Shown: one piece after another, positions 24,020 through 37,269 of the stretch
Position numbering within the stretch: position 1 is the stretch's first letter
How the letters are laid out: the number at the start of each line of letters is the position of its first letter
Assembly (NCBI GenBank): GCA_024704765.1
Contig: JAKMXF010000077.1
Location: forward strand, 152,850-216,849
DNA: 64,000 bases
Source of the DNA: Oopsacas minuta
Lineage: Eukaryota; Animalia; Porifera
Reading direction: 5' to 3'
Program-made: the position numbers and the translations under genes
Notes under the pieces: model-generated
Databases searched by the model: none
What the model saw: only the letters and a program-made list of their open reading frames with translations
Told to the model about the DNA's origin: nothing

Positions 24020-26857
24020 TTATTAGATGAATACGAAGTTTATCATATACGTCACTTGTATATTCTTTTCTCTAAACAGTTCAAAACATTAGCAAAACTT
24101 AGCACTAGAATTTGCTCAATCCATTACTTGCTGATGAAATAGGATTATTTTTAACTATTATTTCGATTAAATCACTAAACACATCACGAATTAATAACTC
24201 ATCTGACCTTGTATCAAGAATACTTTTGTAGTGGTAGGTAATCTTAAAATTTATTACAATGAATGGAGAGGCCTTTAGTTCAATGAAATCAATAGGTTCC
24301 AAAATTTACTGACACTGCATTAATAGTTGTTTCTTTAGACGAACAGGAAACTTGGTTAGAGAATTGTAAAATAGATGACTGCTTTAATTGGATTGAAATT
24401 TCAGGATTATTTTTTGATTATTAGGACTAGTCCCAAAATGACTATCTTTATTTCCTAACTAATTTTTTGGAGTAGAATGAATATGCAATCATCAGACAGA
24501 TTATGAAATTTATCTCTGGGCGAATTTGAGTAGGTAAACCACTCGATAAGATAACACAATCATTTTCTCGCTTAGATAAATCTGCTATGTCATTAGATGA
24601 GACGACACAATTATCTCTTGCTGAGATTGATATGGTATATCCTTTGAGAAAACAACACAGTTATCTTCTTGCTGAGTTTGAACTGGAATATCAGATAAAT
24701 TTGAAAATGACCCTCTTGCTGAGTTTCCACACAGATATCATCTTACAAAAGAAGCTCATCGGAGTGCAAAGAACTTGACGGAGTAAACTGGGCGATCTTT
24801 ACATATAGTGATTCTAAGATACAAATAGTCGATTCATCAGAACTTTCACTGCTTAAAATAAGAGTAGAGGATTCGGAGGGTTTAAGGAACCAGTTATCAG
24901 CATTTTCAACAGATGAATAAATAATTATGCGTGAAGAATTCAAAAGAACAATCGTTGAGTCATTTTCAGAGTTCTCAGATGGAAATAAACCATTGGTGTG
25001 TTTAATAACAATTCTTTCATCATCAGTTGACAAGGAATTTTGTTCATTCAATGGGTCAATATCCAATAACAAAGTATGATGTTGAGTAAATCGGTAACAC
25101 AGTCAATTGGAGGCGACGAGTCACATCTTTCACTACTAGTACCATCATCATTGACTAGGACAGAAAGACTTGAAAAATTGTCATATGAATTTAAAACAGT
25201 TTCTGAATGTGAAGGTTGAGTTGAAATACTGTCGTGAGCATGAACATAACTCAAGTCAACGTTGTTATTATGTGAAATAGAGTGCACCACTTCTAATTCC
25301 ATAAATGCTTCAAATATCGCAGAATCTCTTAGTTCAACTTGAAAATTTTTATCGTGAGCACTTCTAGAGTCAGTCATTAACTGGGCCATTTTATCAACTA
25401 ATCCAGGGTTATATTCACTAATAAGGGTTGCCGCTGCACGTCGTAAATCGGTAATATTCCTTTTGAAGAAGATATCAAGATCTATAAGACCTCTACAAAA
25501 ACATTGGTGTCATGGCTGAACTATTTATTCTTCGTCCAAAATAACCCGAAAGATATATGAAGAATGATCTCAACCAAATCCTGTACAATGATAACATAGC
25601 AATCTCGAGAGCTCGAAAATATTTACTGATGAAAATATTGAAGCCAATTGTAAAAAGCCAGCTTCATGGTTAGCAACTAATATGTGAAAATATTTTTTAT
25701 CATGTGAAACCGGTAAGCAGTCTTCGAATTCTTGAATAGTAATAGCGGAAAAGACACCAACTCTTTGAGCATTTGATATAATAATCTCACAGATTAAAAG
25801 TTACTCATTAGTCGGAATTTGTCACTTTGGAGAACAATATCTTCTTCAACATCAAGGCATTGTTTAGAGATTCTATTTACTCTCCATTTTTGAAGTGTTT
25901 GTATAGTATGAGAATATCTCTTCCGGTTCGCAGCTATAATATTCTTTTGATGATGTGTACTTGTCTTATGACGGATTTCTCCACACCTTACAGCATGGAT
26001 ATCAACCTAGAATGGTCATTTCTGCCAGGAAGTAAGTCAGAATCTTGGGTTTCAAGATATTCGAGAAATCTAAAGATAGATCGAATGCGTGAGTGAACCG
26101 TAGAAGGAGATTTACCAGATTACCTCCTAGTGTCAGAAACAAATTTGGGAGTGTGTTTTTCAGAAGGATCTTTCACCAATGCTGTTTATTGCCCTACAGA
26201 TAATATTGATGTCCATTCTAATAGATTTGTCAGATTTACATCTTCCCCGAATTGTTCCAGAAAATTTTAAAATGTTTCAAAGAATTCACAAATTGTTGAG
26301 AAACAACGACTTCGAATGGCAAATGTTAAAAACATCTTCAAGGTCGGTTAGAATACATCAATTCATTACTACTCTCTTCAGTAGGTGGCTCAAAGGTAGA
26401 CAAAGAATCTTGGAAATTTGGAGTGTATCAACAATGCCTGGAACGACTTCGCAATTTTAAAGTAAGACCACAATTCAAGAGTGGTTGGGCTTTAGAATAA
26501 TCGAAAAGTGGATTATAGTTCACTTTTTCTTCAAACCTGAAATGATATTTTCTCACATAAATCTTATTATTGTCAATTAAAGAAATATAGTTTTCACATC
26601 CCTCGTTATACCACGAATATTTCCAGTTTGTAGGTAGATCAAAAACACAAGAGAGACATTCAGGACATCGTTTTCCTTCTCTAACATTATGTTGCCTTGA
26701 TAAATTATCTTTTCTGGTACACGAGTAGCGAATAAAATTTCTTCAATACTATCATCGTTTAATTCAACAACACGTTTATATGTTACAAGATGTCGCCGAT
26801 ATTTGGAATAATTTTTTAGATGATTGCAACCTGACGTCTCAAAAATAAATAAGCCAT
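24020..26857 (-). pseudogene. Tyrosine recombinase with N-terminal zinc fingers and C-terminal Myb/SANT-like motif, decayed
   Basis: Manual translation: F(C)ETSGC..YRRHL and CPEC..LPT fingers; GKSPSTVHSRIRSIFRFLEYLE (SAM-like); IIISNAQRVGVFSAITIQEF (catalytic Arg box); HILVANH; ITDLRRAAAT...MAQLMTDSRSAHDKNF (box II, with His and Tyr positions altered); S/D-rich linker; DELLIRDVFSDLIE...VYDKLR. Confidence 0.78.
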
Positions 26858-27100
26858 GATAAGAATATATTATGAAAAAATGTAAGGGAAATGTAATACA
26901 CATAATCTTGAACATGTTTCCAAGTATTACCAGGTGGTAATTTGAAAGAATTCCATTGAACCCGAAAAAAGACATTAGAAAGGCATTGAGAAGACCACAA
27001 AATGGAATAATAATACAAATTCAATATAATGGCTTCCCAAGGGAATGAGTAGTTATCGTTATACGGAGTGACCGATTGGTCGTACGCAGATTTGACTAAG

Positions 27101-29913
27101 CAGGGGCGTAGACAACATTTTAGTTTGGGGGGCTAACCCTCTGAGGTATCACTATGGGATTTAACCAAAGTATAAATCAGTGGCATCAATTTGAATTAAT
27201 ATGAACCGATGCTATAATCATATTTTCGCAGCTTTGTTTTACCATGGTGATGGTTTTACTTTCTAGGTTTCATTAAAATGAGAATACTTTTTAGTGCTAT
27301 AATTAGATTTGAATAATTTTGAGGTTCATAAATTTCCGGCATACTATTTCTACGAATCTATCGAATATTGTTATATATTTAACACATCTCTGGTTTTTAT
27401 TACTGGGCTTCATTCCACTTTGTATTTATATGTGTTTGTGATTAAATATTTAAAATTGTTAGCATTCATAATACGTTTAGATATGGCCCTAGCTCGATGG
27501 CTCGTTCAAAAAGCTCAGTCAGGAACAGGAGAGACTGATAAAGATTCAAGTTTGCTTCCAGATAATGAACAAATGCAATTGTTGAGAACAGAAGGTGAAT
27601 CCTCTAACGAAATTCAGTTAACACATCGAACCAGACAACCAGACATCCATATACCCCAAAATGCCTCCCAACCAATCCTTTCATCCCCACTACGAACCTT
27701 TGCTAAACAACAGAGAGGATTTAACCTTTCATGGTATAAAACATTCCCCTGGTTGCATTATCAAGAAGGTAGCGATAGTGTATTTTGGGTTTACTGCTTG
27801 GTGGCAGATAAACATGGTTTAAAGTTATCAGGGTACATGGATGAAATGTTCACAAGCACTGGATTCAGCAATTGAAAAAAAGCAATAGAAAATTCGAAAA
27901 ACATCAAAGTTCAAATCTCATCGTGAAGTTATTGACCTTGTAATCACAATACCAAGCACAACCAAAGATGTTGGTGAAATGTTGCACAAAAGTCATGCAG
28001 AGGAGAAGGATGAGAACAGACAAGTGCTGCACAAAATTTTCAGCAGCGTTCGTTACCTTAGTAGGCAAGGCATTGCTTTTCGTGGTTGATGGAAAACTGA
28101 TGACCCTGAAATGTTGAATGGTAAGTCAGACTCGAACTTTATACTGCTACTTCGAATACGAGCTGAAGACAATCCGAATCTATTGAAGTGGCTTGACAAG
28201 TGTCAAGACAAATTTACTAGCCCAGGCATACAAAATGAAATCCTCAAGCTGATGTCATTAAGGATATTGAGAGATATTGTACAACAGATTTCAGGTATGA
28301 TGTATACCATAATGGTTGATGAAACAACCGATCTGTCAAACACTGAGCAAATGGTATTGTGCCTGCGTCACGTTGATGATGACCTAAATGTTCATGAAGA
28401 GCTCATTGGTCTCTACAGTTTGGAATCAACTTCTGCTGACAATATAATGTTGACAATTCAGGACATACAGTTGCGCTTGAATTTATCTATCAACAATTGC
28501 CGTGGTCAATGCTACAATGGAGCCAGCAACATGTCTGGAATACGATCAGGAGTTACCACTAAAGTATCTTCTTTAGAACCTCGAGCACTCTATACTCATT
28601 GTTATGGGCATGCATTGAACCGTGTTATTCAGGATGGAATTACGTAAGGGCACAAAAGTTATGGATGATACATTGAGTACAGTATATGAGATTACAAAAC
28701 TAATTAAGAAATCGCCCAAAAGAGATGCAATCTTTAGCAAGCTAAAAGATGAAATTTCAGAGTGCTCTCCCGGGATTAGAATACTATGTCCAACACGATG
28801 GACAGTAAGGGCTGAAGCGTTTAGTTCCATCTCAGAGAATTATCACGTACTACAATTGACTTGGAATGTAGCAAAAGATGCAACAAAAGATACTGAATTA
28901 AAAACTAGGATTGGAGGAGTTGCAGCACACATGGAAAAATTTGAATTCTTTTTTGGAGTTGAACTAGGACGAAAAATCTTAAACATGACCGATAATTTGT
29001 CTCGGTCATTGCAAACTAAAACGATATCAGCACATGAAGGACAAACCCTTGTGAAGATAACGCTTTCTACACTCCTGAAAATGAGAACTGAGATTAACTT
29101 CAATTTGTTTTGGATGTATGTAGAATGTAGAAGATCATCAATCGAGGTTTCTTCTCCGGCACTCCCCAGAAAAAGGAAAATTACCCGAAGATATGAAACA
29201 GATGGAAATACTACAGAGTACCCAACTAGTGTTGAAGAACGTTATAGAAAAATTTATTTTCAAATAATTGATCTAACTATGGCAGCTATCAAGGACAGAT
29301 TTGATCAGAAAGGATTCCAGATGCTCCAAAATTTAGAAACAGCCCTGACTAGTTCAGAAAACGCCAGTGATTCAGATTTGATTGGTTCTATAATCGCATT
29401 CTACGGAGATAACTTTACCCATGCAGACCGTCTTCATACGCAGTTGAAACTCTTGCATTGCAGTGGAGCAGCTTTGACGGATTTGCCATCAATAATAATT
29501 TATCTCAAATCTTTGAATAGTACAGAAAAATCTTTCTTCTCAGAGGTAATCAAAATAGTGAAATTAATTCTTGTGATGCCAGCAACTAATGCCACAAGTG
29601 AAAGAAGTTTCAGTGCACTCCGCAGACTTAAGAGCTGGCTGCGTACAACTACATGCCAAGCGCGATTGAATTGGTGCTTGTTACTTCATGTGCACAAACA
29701 AAGAACGGACGGTTTACCATTAAAAGTATTAGTAAATGAATTTGTTACTTGTAATGAGAGTAGGATGCGTTTGTTTGGAAGATATCCGGAATAACTTCAT
29801 GAATTATTAATAAAGCATAATCTCACATATGTTTTCAAGAATTTTCGGGAATTGATGAGGCAAAATTTGGGGGGGCTTAAGCCCCCCCAAGCCCCCCCTT
29901 GTCTACGACTATG
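27101..29913 (+). mobile_element. hAT transposon (ZMYM1-like group)
   Basis: 15-bp imperfect TIRs CAGGGGCGTAGACAA / CATAGTCGTAGACAA, G/C-run subterminal tracts. Only a partial flank duplication (GACTA). Confidence 0.9.
27483..29794 (+). pseudogene. hAT transposase (TTF zinc finger, DUF4371-like region, dimerisation domain), broken
   Basis: WYKTFPWLHY..SDSVFWVYC, IMVDETTDLSNTEQM, CYGHALN, CPTRWTVR and PATNATSERSFSALRRLKSWLR, spread over three ORFs with stops and frameshifts. Confidence 0.92.
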
Positions 29914-32069
29914 GACTACATATCCTGGAATTCTTGCTACTTACTGTTGATATGCTCACATTCCACCAAGAAACACAATTTATTGGGCTGCTAAACCAAT
30001 AAGAAAAACAAAACGGGATATTGGTCTTTGGTTGAAGATTTCAACAGAAAGCGGGAGGTAAATTTAAAGATAAAGGGATTTTGTCATTTGAAGAATTTAA
30101 GTGAAATCAATGTTCAGATATCTAAATAAAAAATCGAACATGTTAGACCAGCGGTTCCAGGATCAAGTATCCATGAGGCAAGGTCTGAGTAGGGATTCCC
30201 AGTAACAATCCCGAAAACTTTAAAATAAATTAGGCTCTGGTGGTGCGAGGAATTGGTAGGCCAAGGGCGAGCCGGCGGCATAATTTTAAATTCTGGGCAA
30301 ATGCTCCATTTTACTCACCTGGGACGCTACAGACGCAAAAATTACAATATTCTAGTTCAATAGGATTTTAACTATCACTAGCGTGCTTTACTTGGTAGGG
30401 AGTTTGTACAAAGTACATTTTGAAAGAGAATTATATTGGGACAAGATTGGAGTCGTTTTTTTGAATATCATCTTATGAAAGGTTACATGTGTACTAGTAA
30501 AGTAAAGACAATTCCATGGGAAAGGTATCAGGGTCTATTTATTAGAAAGTAAGATCTTGGACGAGGTCAGTGTAAGTTTTACAAATGTTTGTTGTTTAAG
30601 AAGGTTTACAATAGGCTACTAAATATAAGACCTACAGTAAAGTACCAGGATGCAGTACTAGCTATAAACATTTGAAATACATGTATACTTTGTGCGAGAA
30701 GGTGCATCTTGCCTGAATAGATGTGTTGCATAATTGTAGATCATCAAATTTTACATCAATAATGCTAAAAAAATTTTGAACCTTGAAAATATGTGTCTAG
30801 TAAGCATTTCGTTAGCAAAATATGTCATTCTTTGACCCCTCGTAGAACGATAAATATTACATTTACTGAATGAATCAAATGATCTAAAGGTACTTTAAGA
30901 CAATATATCAAAATAAATTTTATGTTCGACAAAATGTATTACATTTATTCAGGCAAAAATAAATTCTTCTGCAAAAAAGAAACCATGTCTATCAATGCTT
31001 TCAGGTTATACTGCATCTTTGTGCCAAATTTCGAGTTACCGTTAGCCTAATGTTTTAAGTATTTGCACTAGCCATAGACGTAGTCAGGGGGTTTGTGTGG
31101 ATGATGGCAACCCCGGTGCTACTGTCAGCAACCTCAGTTGCAACACTGTATTATTGGGGTTTAGCAGCCTCAGATAAATTGACAACAACCTAAGTGGAAA
31201 GCCCAAAGAGGAAATCCTAGTATGCCTCTGGAGCTAGCTGGGGATGCGGATGCTCTAATATTTCATTGATTCCTCACACATATTTACATTTTGCATGCTC
31301 GAAAATCGGGATATCGTTCTATACCCTGAGGGCATGGTCAAGGCTGGATATGAAGCAATGGGAGCCTGTTGTATGACAGATTTACTACAATGACAGTTTT
31401 ACTACCTCTATTATTGGTACCATGGATCTCTATATCCATGACATAGTGCTACCTTACATGACAGAATCATTACCCTTCGATCACGACATGAAATCGTATA
31501 ACTCAACTCTTAGTTCTTATCACATTGATAATAATGCATTTTCATTAGTATCTTTGTTTCTGCTCTCGAGTTATAGTAATAGCAATATGTCTACTCACTT
31601 CATTTAATTCGAAATTGTTACTTTCACTAAACATAAAATAAAATATGAATGTGATGATTTACAACAGATAAGTTAGACAATTAATTGAACATCCGGATAC
31701 ATTACTAAGTAACACAAATTATGAAATTATAGTAGGTCATTCACAACTCAATGATCTTTGTATCACGAATACTGCACGGGAAATCAACGCTGTGAATTCC
31801 TAAAATTTGTTAAAATTTTGCTAACACCTCAAATATATGAAAATGACGTCATCATTTAAAATGTAATTAAACGAATTTTATGGGTTGCTAATCATGATAA
31901 TATAAAGTAATTAAACCACTATATTCATAGAGAGTAAGAACCAATGTTATACATTTCTCAAATTAACAGCAGTATATTCGTAGTATTATTCAAACTAACG
32001 AATAATAGGCTAGTAGACCACTATTGATAATTTCCATAAGTATATTATTGAATAAAGTATCTTGTTCGT

Positions 32070-34118
32070 TATTAGTAACTTATTTTGGATCACTATTACA
32101 CAATATCGGACTAATACATCACGTATATTGTTACTAAAGGATGTCTTACGTGCTAAATTTTCACGAAAACGCCGTACATACTTGTTGCAGGATTCCAGGC
32201 ACTCTTCTAAAAGATTTTTCAAACAGTAGCCTCCATTATGAAGATGAAATATTTGGAAAGAATGTGAAGCAATTTATGCAGGCAGGTGCAATGGTTGCCC
32301 AAGGGAATTCTTCTAGAATGAATTGATACATTTCATTGCACAGTTCCTCGAACCTAATACATTTGGTCTGTTCACCACTGTTGACCAGTCACAAAATTAC
32401 TGATTGATTGGTTTGAATTAGTTCTAGAGCTGGTTTATGAACGGGATCAATTGAAGATATTGCCAATTTCAGAAAATCTCTCTTATCCATAAAACAGTCA
32501 GGGGCACATTTCCAGTTGTCGAAATACCACCATGGCTTGAAGGAATGTCCACACCAATACTGCACTTTTCTTCAATGATGGATCAAATGCGTTTCATCGA
32601 AGTTTGTACCTTGATGTTACTTGGCGACCATCCGTTGTAACACGAGTTTAGATGATAAATGAGGTAATGAACCACTTGAAGACACAAAGATATGCGTGTA
32701 GTTATGAAGTCAATGTTGGAAGTGGGTGGGTGAGTTATACCAACACGTTGTTGAGAGGGTAATTTCAAAAATCTTCTTTATTCACTTCACTGAAAATTGC
32801 ATGTACATCATGGACAAACCTGTTAATGGGGAATCCAGATTCAATGCATTCCAAACTATATCCAAGTATAAATTTGGGAGCCTGTTGCCGTAGAAAGATG
32901 ACATGAAGCACCTCCAGCACCCCATCCAGGAGACCAACCATCTTGATATCAAAAAGAGAAGGGAAAATTTTACAAATCACTTGTCTTCTACCTAAAGTAA
33001 TACCATTATTCATATTCTCAGTTTTTGGGTTAATCAAAGTATCCATAATGAGTTTTACATTACTATAATCTTCTTTAAGAGCTACTAAAGTTACTGGTCC
33101 GAAAGAAAAAGGCGAATTTGGGAACTGGTTGAAGAATACTTCAGTTTGATCAACATCTGTAATTCTAAGAACATTAAAAATCCAAACAGAATGAAGCTTT
33201 CAGTAGATAGATTCGGATTTTGATTGATTTGATGGTAGATGCGATGAGTACCTGACCCACTAGCCCATCTGACAATTTTACAGTGAGAGGATGTTGTGAA
33301 TCTAAAATTGAATCTACATTATTCAGGATACATTGAATAGCGAGAGAAAGAATTGAATTATAAGATATTGATATTCCAACTGAGAAACCTTCAGTATTAT
33401 TTAATATTCTCATTTCTTCAGCTAAAGATATTTCCCTGCAAAATAGCGCAACAGTTTTGTAAGATGGTAATTTTACATCTTCACCCTTCAAGACTCTCTT
33501 GAGCTCAAAATATCTTGTTGTTCCAATTTCTAAGAGGTCAAATACGCTGATTTTGGAATAGATATTTCAGTGACAGCTTTAGCAAATGAACCCGTTTCAA
33601 TAATTTCTTTACATTCACTTGAAGTATTCCGATCATAAGTTTCATTGGAAAATAAATCCAAAGCTAGAGCAATAATTTTTGGGTTCGACTTCCTCTCTCT
33701 CCGAAATATAGGTAATATGTTGAAGTAGTACTTTAGTCTAGCACTTGAAGTTGTTAATTTCAATTTAAAATGTGTTTCCTCGAATCCACAGTGGTGTATT
33801 CGGAAGCACAAGCATATGAGAAATAGAAACTGTAGAAAGAACCTCAGAACTACTAGAATAATCTGAAATATTGTTTTTACAAGGATGCTTCTCCTGTAAT
33901 GGAATAGGATGAAATACCATATTTTTCCAGGTATCTAGATCATTCCATGTTCGGGAGGATTCCCTAGATTTCTGTAGTCATTGAATTCGTTACGAAATAT
34001 TTGGCTGTCCTGCTCCAAAAGATTCTGATTGTCGATTTGAAGACGATACATTTAGAGATACCTCTATCGTTGGTCACAAAAGTATCATAGGCTCCCTTGT
34101 TGTTATATATTCACTCAT
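32070..34118 (-). pseudogene. RAG1/Transib-like DDE transposase, decayed
   Basis: Manual translation: VKLPSYK; TVKLSDGL-GSGTHRIYHQ (first Asp region); SLFDIKMVGLLDG-AGGASCHL (second Asp plus Zn ligands); LHAYLCVFKWF; GVDIPSSHGGISTTGNV; FPWATIAP; EECLESCNKYVRRFRENLARKTSF (Glu); DVLVR..SDP. Confidence 0.85.
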
Positions 34119-35935
34119 TTGTGAAGTTGTAGAATATAATACAGATTCTAATCATTATTATGCATGCAATATCAATAAACAATATTATAAACCAATATTC
34201 GTTCAAATGTAGAAGCAATTTGGCACAATGGCTAAGTTGTACAAAAGGGGTCAAAACATGTTTTGTAGGATTTCTTTGACTACAACTATTATTTGCCATG
34301 GAAATGTATTTGGGCGCCCTTCGGTCGGTCTAGAAATTAATGAAAAACAACCTTATATTCATGAACAATACAAAGTGCCAAAAGTCAAAACTTACAATTG
34401 TTTGCAATATAAGACCGGAGACTATAAACTTTGGGTACTTTGGAGGAAATTATCGAAAAGTAGGTCTACCAAGAAATTCATAAAGAATATAGCTGGTGTT
34501 CGATCGTATTTAAAAATAGATCCAATCAAATATGAATTGTATGTCAAACAGATATACAATTTTATAGTTCACATTAAAGTGACTAGCATTCAAAGAAAAC
34601 AACAATTTCGAGAAAAGATATTTGCGGTCTTTGAGGTATGAAATTATTAAATTATGCTTTTGTTAGAGTCATTTCATAGGGATGTTATAATTCTACAAGG
34701 TATCTAAAAATATCATAATTCTAGGTTAGAAATAGCCTAGATGTAATACAAGCATAAAATCTGATAATTTCAATGTCATATTTTCACCTATCACCGCAAG
34801 GTTCCACATTGTGTAGATTACATAGATACTGCAACAAAGATGTTACTATGGGATAGCAAGATTTAGAATTAGAAAGTATCTAAAATGTTGTCATGATAAA
34901 GTTCGCGCTTTCCAGATTTATAGAAGTCAGTTTGGCACATGTTAGCCAATATTCACCACCTCAAACTGTAATTTTTGTGACAATTGATTTTCGAAGGTCG
35001 TGTATTAGTACGCTATGTTGTATCATTTTGATTTTATTACAAAATTAAGATTTTGTACATGAATTCATTGATATAAATCGCTAAACAGGAACAGGATTTC
35101 AATGAACCATCATTGCCTAGGTATATAAAATGCTATGGCAAAACTCACCCATTCAATACACCATCCCAGTAGATATGTTTGATGAATTTCAAACTGATTC
35201 AAAGATCGCGCTACTAGATGTTGATAGGCGTGAATTACACTCAATCCTCTATTTTGCTTACCTAAATATAACTAGATAAAGATTGAATAACAATTTGAAA
35301 TGGAGAAAAAGTTTACGAATATTTATAGAGATAGGTCTTTGAAAAATACTAACTAAAATTACATACACAACGCATGAAAGACCGAATCATAAATGTCTCG
35401 ACTTGCTGAAAACACAAGCAAGATCCTTCTCCACATGCTACATTGTATAAAAGTATAGTGAAGAAGGTTGGAAGCAATTTCAGGGATTACAATTGCGACT
35501 TCGACTAGGAAGTATAAGTTTAACGTGATTACGATAACATTCCATAATAATTAAGCGATTACAATTACGAAAGATGCCAGAAATGTTTGCATGATTTCAA
35601 TAATGATTGCAATTCAGGTATTAGGTTCATAAAATATAAGGCTATAAAGTAAAAGTGGTAATCTGAATCAATATGATTGAATTAGGCAGATTTGAGTGCA
35701 TATTACGAAAGATGATATGTGTGAAATAGCAAATGAATACCACTAGAATAATAGCATGATACAAATGCAATAACGACACAACTCAGAAACCAGTGATTAC
35801 AATTATGATCATGACGAATGCACAGACAAGTATACACAGGGGAGTGGGGTCATACATTATTTAGGTACCAAGCAAAGTAACAGTTGAACTTGTGAACTAT
35901 AAATGAATTGTCTGAACATGATACCAAAGCACATA

Positions 35936-37269
35936 CCGGGTGGCCCAAAAAAAACAGACTCCATGACATTTTACCGCAATTGTACATAATATTTATTTAT
36001 AGACTAATGGTAGTTCACTGTTAATAATCTTAGTAGGTATATAAGCGATGTGCAAAATAATTGCATTCAAGCTTAAATATATTCTAAGTTCAGAGTAGAT
36101 GTCCTAGGTGGCCACCACTTTTATTTTTGCATTCTTGCATCCTCAGAGCAAATTTTCCATCACCGACTTCAAGACTGATCGTTTGATCCCCTTTACCTCA
36201 TCTTTAATCTTCTGCTTTAAATCTGTGATAGTATTTGGTCTATCCTTGTATACCCTATCTTTTAAATAGCCCCATAGAAAAAATCTGAGGACTAAGATCA
36301 GGGGAGTAAGGAGGCCAACCAATCTCGCAACGCTTGCTGACAACACGGTGTTTGAAGAGTTCCTTGAGCCAATTGATAGTGATATTGGCTGTATGAGGTG
36401 TAGCACCATCTTGCTGGAACAAAGATTTGGGTATATGTGTGTGATACCTTGTTTCCAATTCATCCCAGAATTTATTCAGCACATCAACATACCGTTCCTT
36501 CGTGACTGTTACTGTTTGTCGACTTTCCTCGAAAAACAACGGTCCGATAATCCCTTTCATTGGGAGAGCACACCACACTGTGACTTTTTGTGAGTGCAAG
36601 GGCGTTTCATTAACTTCATCAGGTCGTGAAGAGACCCAAAAGATGTTGCTTTTGGAATTCACCTGACCATCTAGGTGGAAATGGGCTTCGTCAGTTGTCC
36701 AGAGATGGGACAAAAAGGACTTGGTGCTCTCAATTTTCCCCATCAAAACAGTAGTCATCTCTTTTCTCCTTAATTCATCAGCATGTTTGAGCATTTGGTG
36801 TGTCTGAATCTTATATGGGAAAGATTAAGATCATATTTAAGTACCCTTTGAAAGGTAGTCCTAGATAAACCTAAACATTGAGCTCTCTTTCTCGTTGATC
36901 TTTTTGTAGATTGGACAACAGAATCACGTACATTAGAAATAACGGTCTGATTACGCAGAGTCTTTCTTCCAGAATGACTTTCCCGAATGTACTTACAATA
37001 TAGGTTATAACAGTCCCCTCAGTCTGGAACTTTTTTACCCAATCCTGTATTCTAGATTTACAAGGTGCTTTTTGGACATCGAATCTGTCAAAAATTCTTC
37101 TCGTAACTTCTTGAAAGATCGAGTTTGGAAATAATGCTGGACACACCAAGATCTCTGAATAACACTCGATTGTTTCACTTTTTGGAAATCTAAAGTATGG
37201 GTTAGTGTAGGATACATAATTGAGGTTGGAGTTGAAAGTTTACGGGCCCGTATTTTTTGGGCCACCCGA
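35936..37269 (-). mobile_element. Tc1/mariner rosa-type DD41D element, frameshifted
   Basis: TIR core CGGGTGGCCCAAAAAA at both ends, TA flanks. ORF 36794-36255 has LWTTDEAHFHL and QQDGATPH...WPPYSPDLSP-D with 41-residue spacing. Confidence 0.9.

Noticed and set aside
25800-26300. Runs of in-frame TAA/TAG suggesting stop-codon reassignment
   Set aside because: The same gene also has frameshifts and mutated catalytic residues, and nearby transposases end at normal TAA/TGA stops. Ordinary decay explains it.
31300-31610. RAG2-like or MORN-repeat gene downstream of the RAG1-like relic
   Set aside because: Only a short GHGQGWI-like resemblance with stops; no kelch repeats visible.
34228-34641. 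137-aa plus-strand ORF
   Set aside because: No recognisable motif; begins at a non-ATG codon; length is plausible by chance.
34223-34813. CACAATG at 34223 and CATTGTG ending 34813 as RSS/Transib-like ends
   Set aside because: They match only over 7 bp, have no 5-bp TSD and would enclose a region that excludes the RAG1-like gene.
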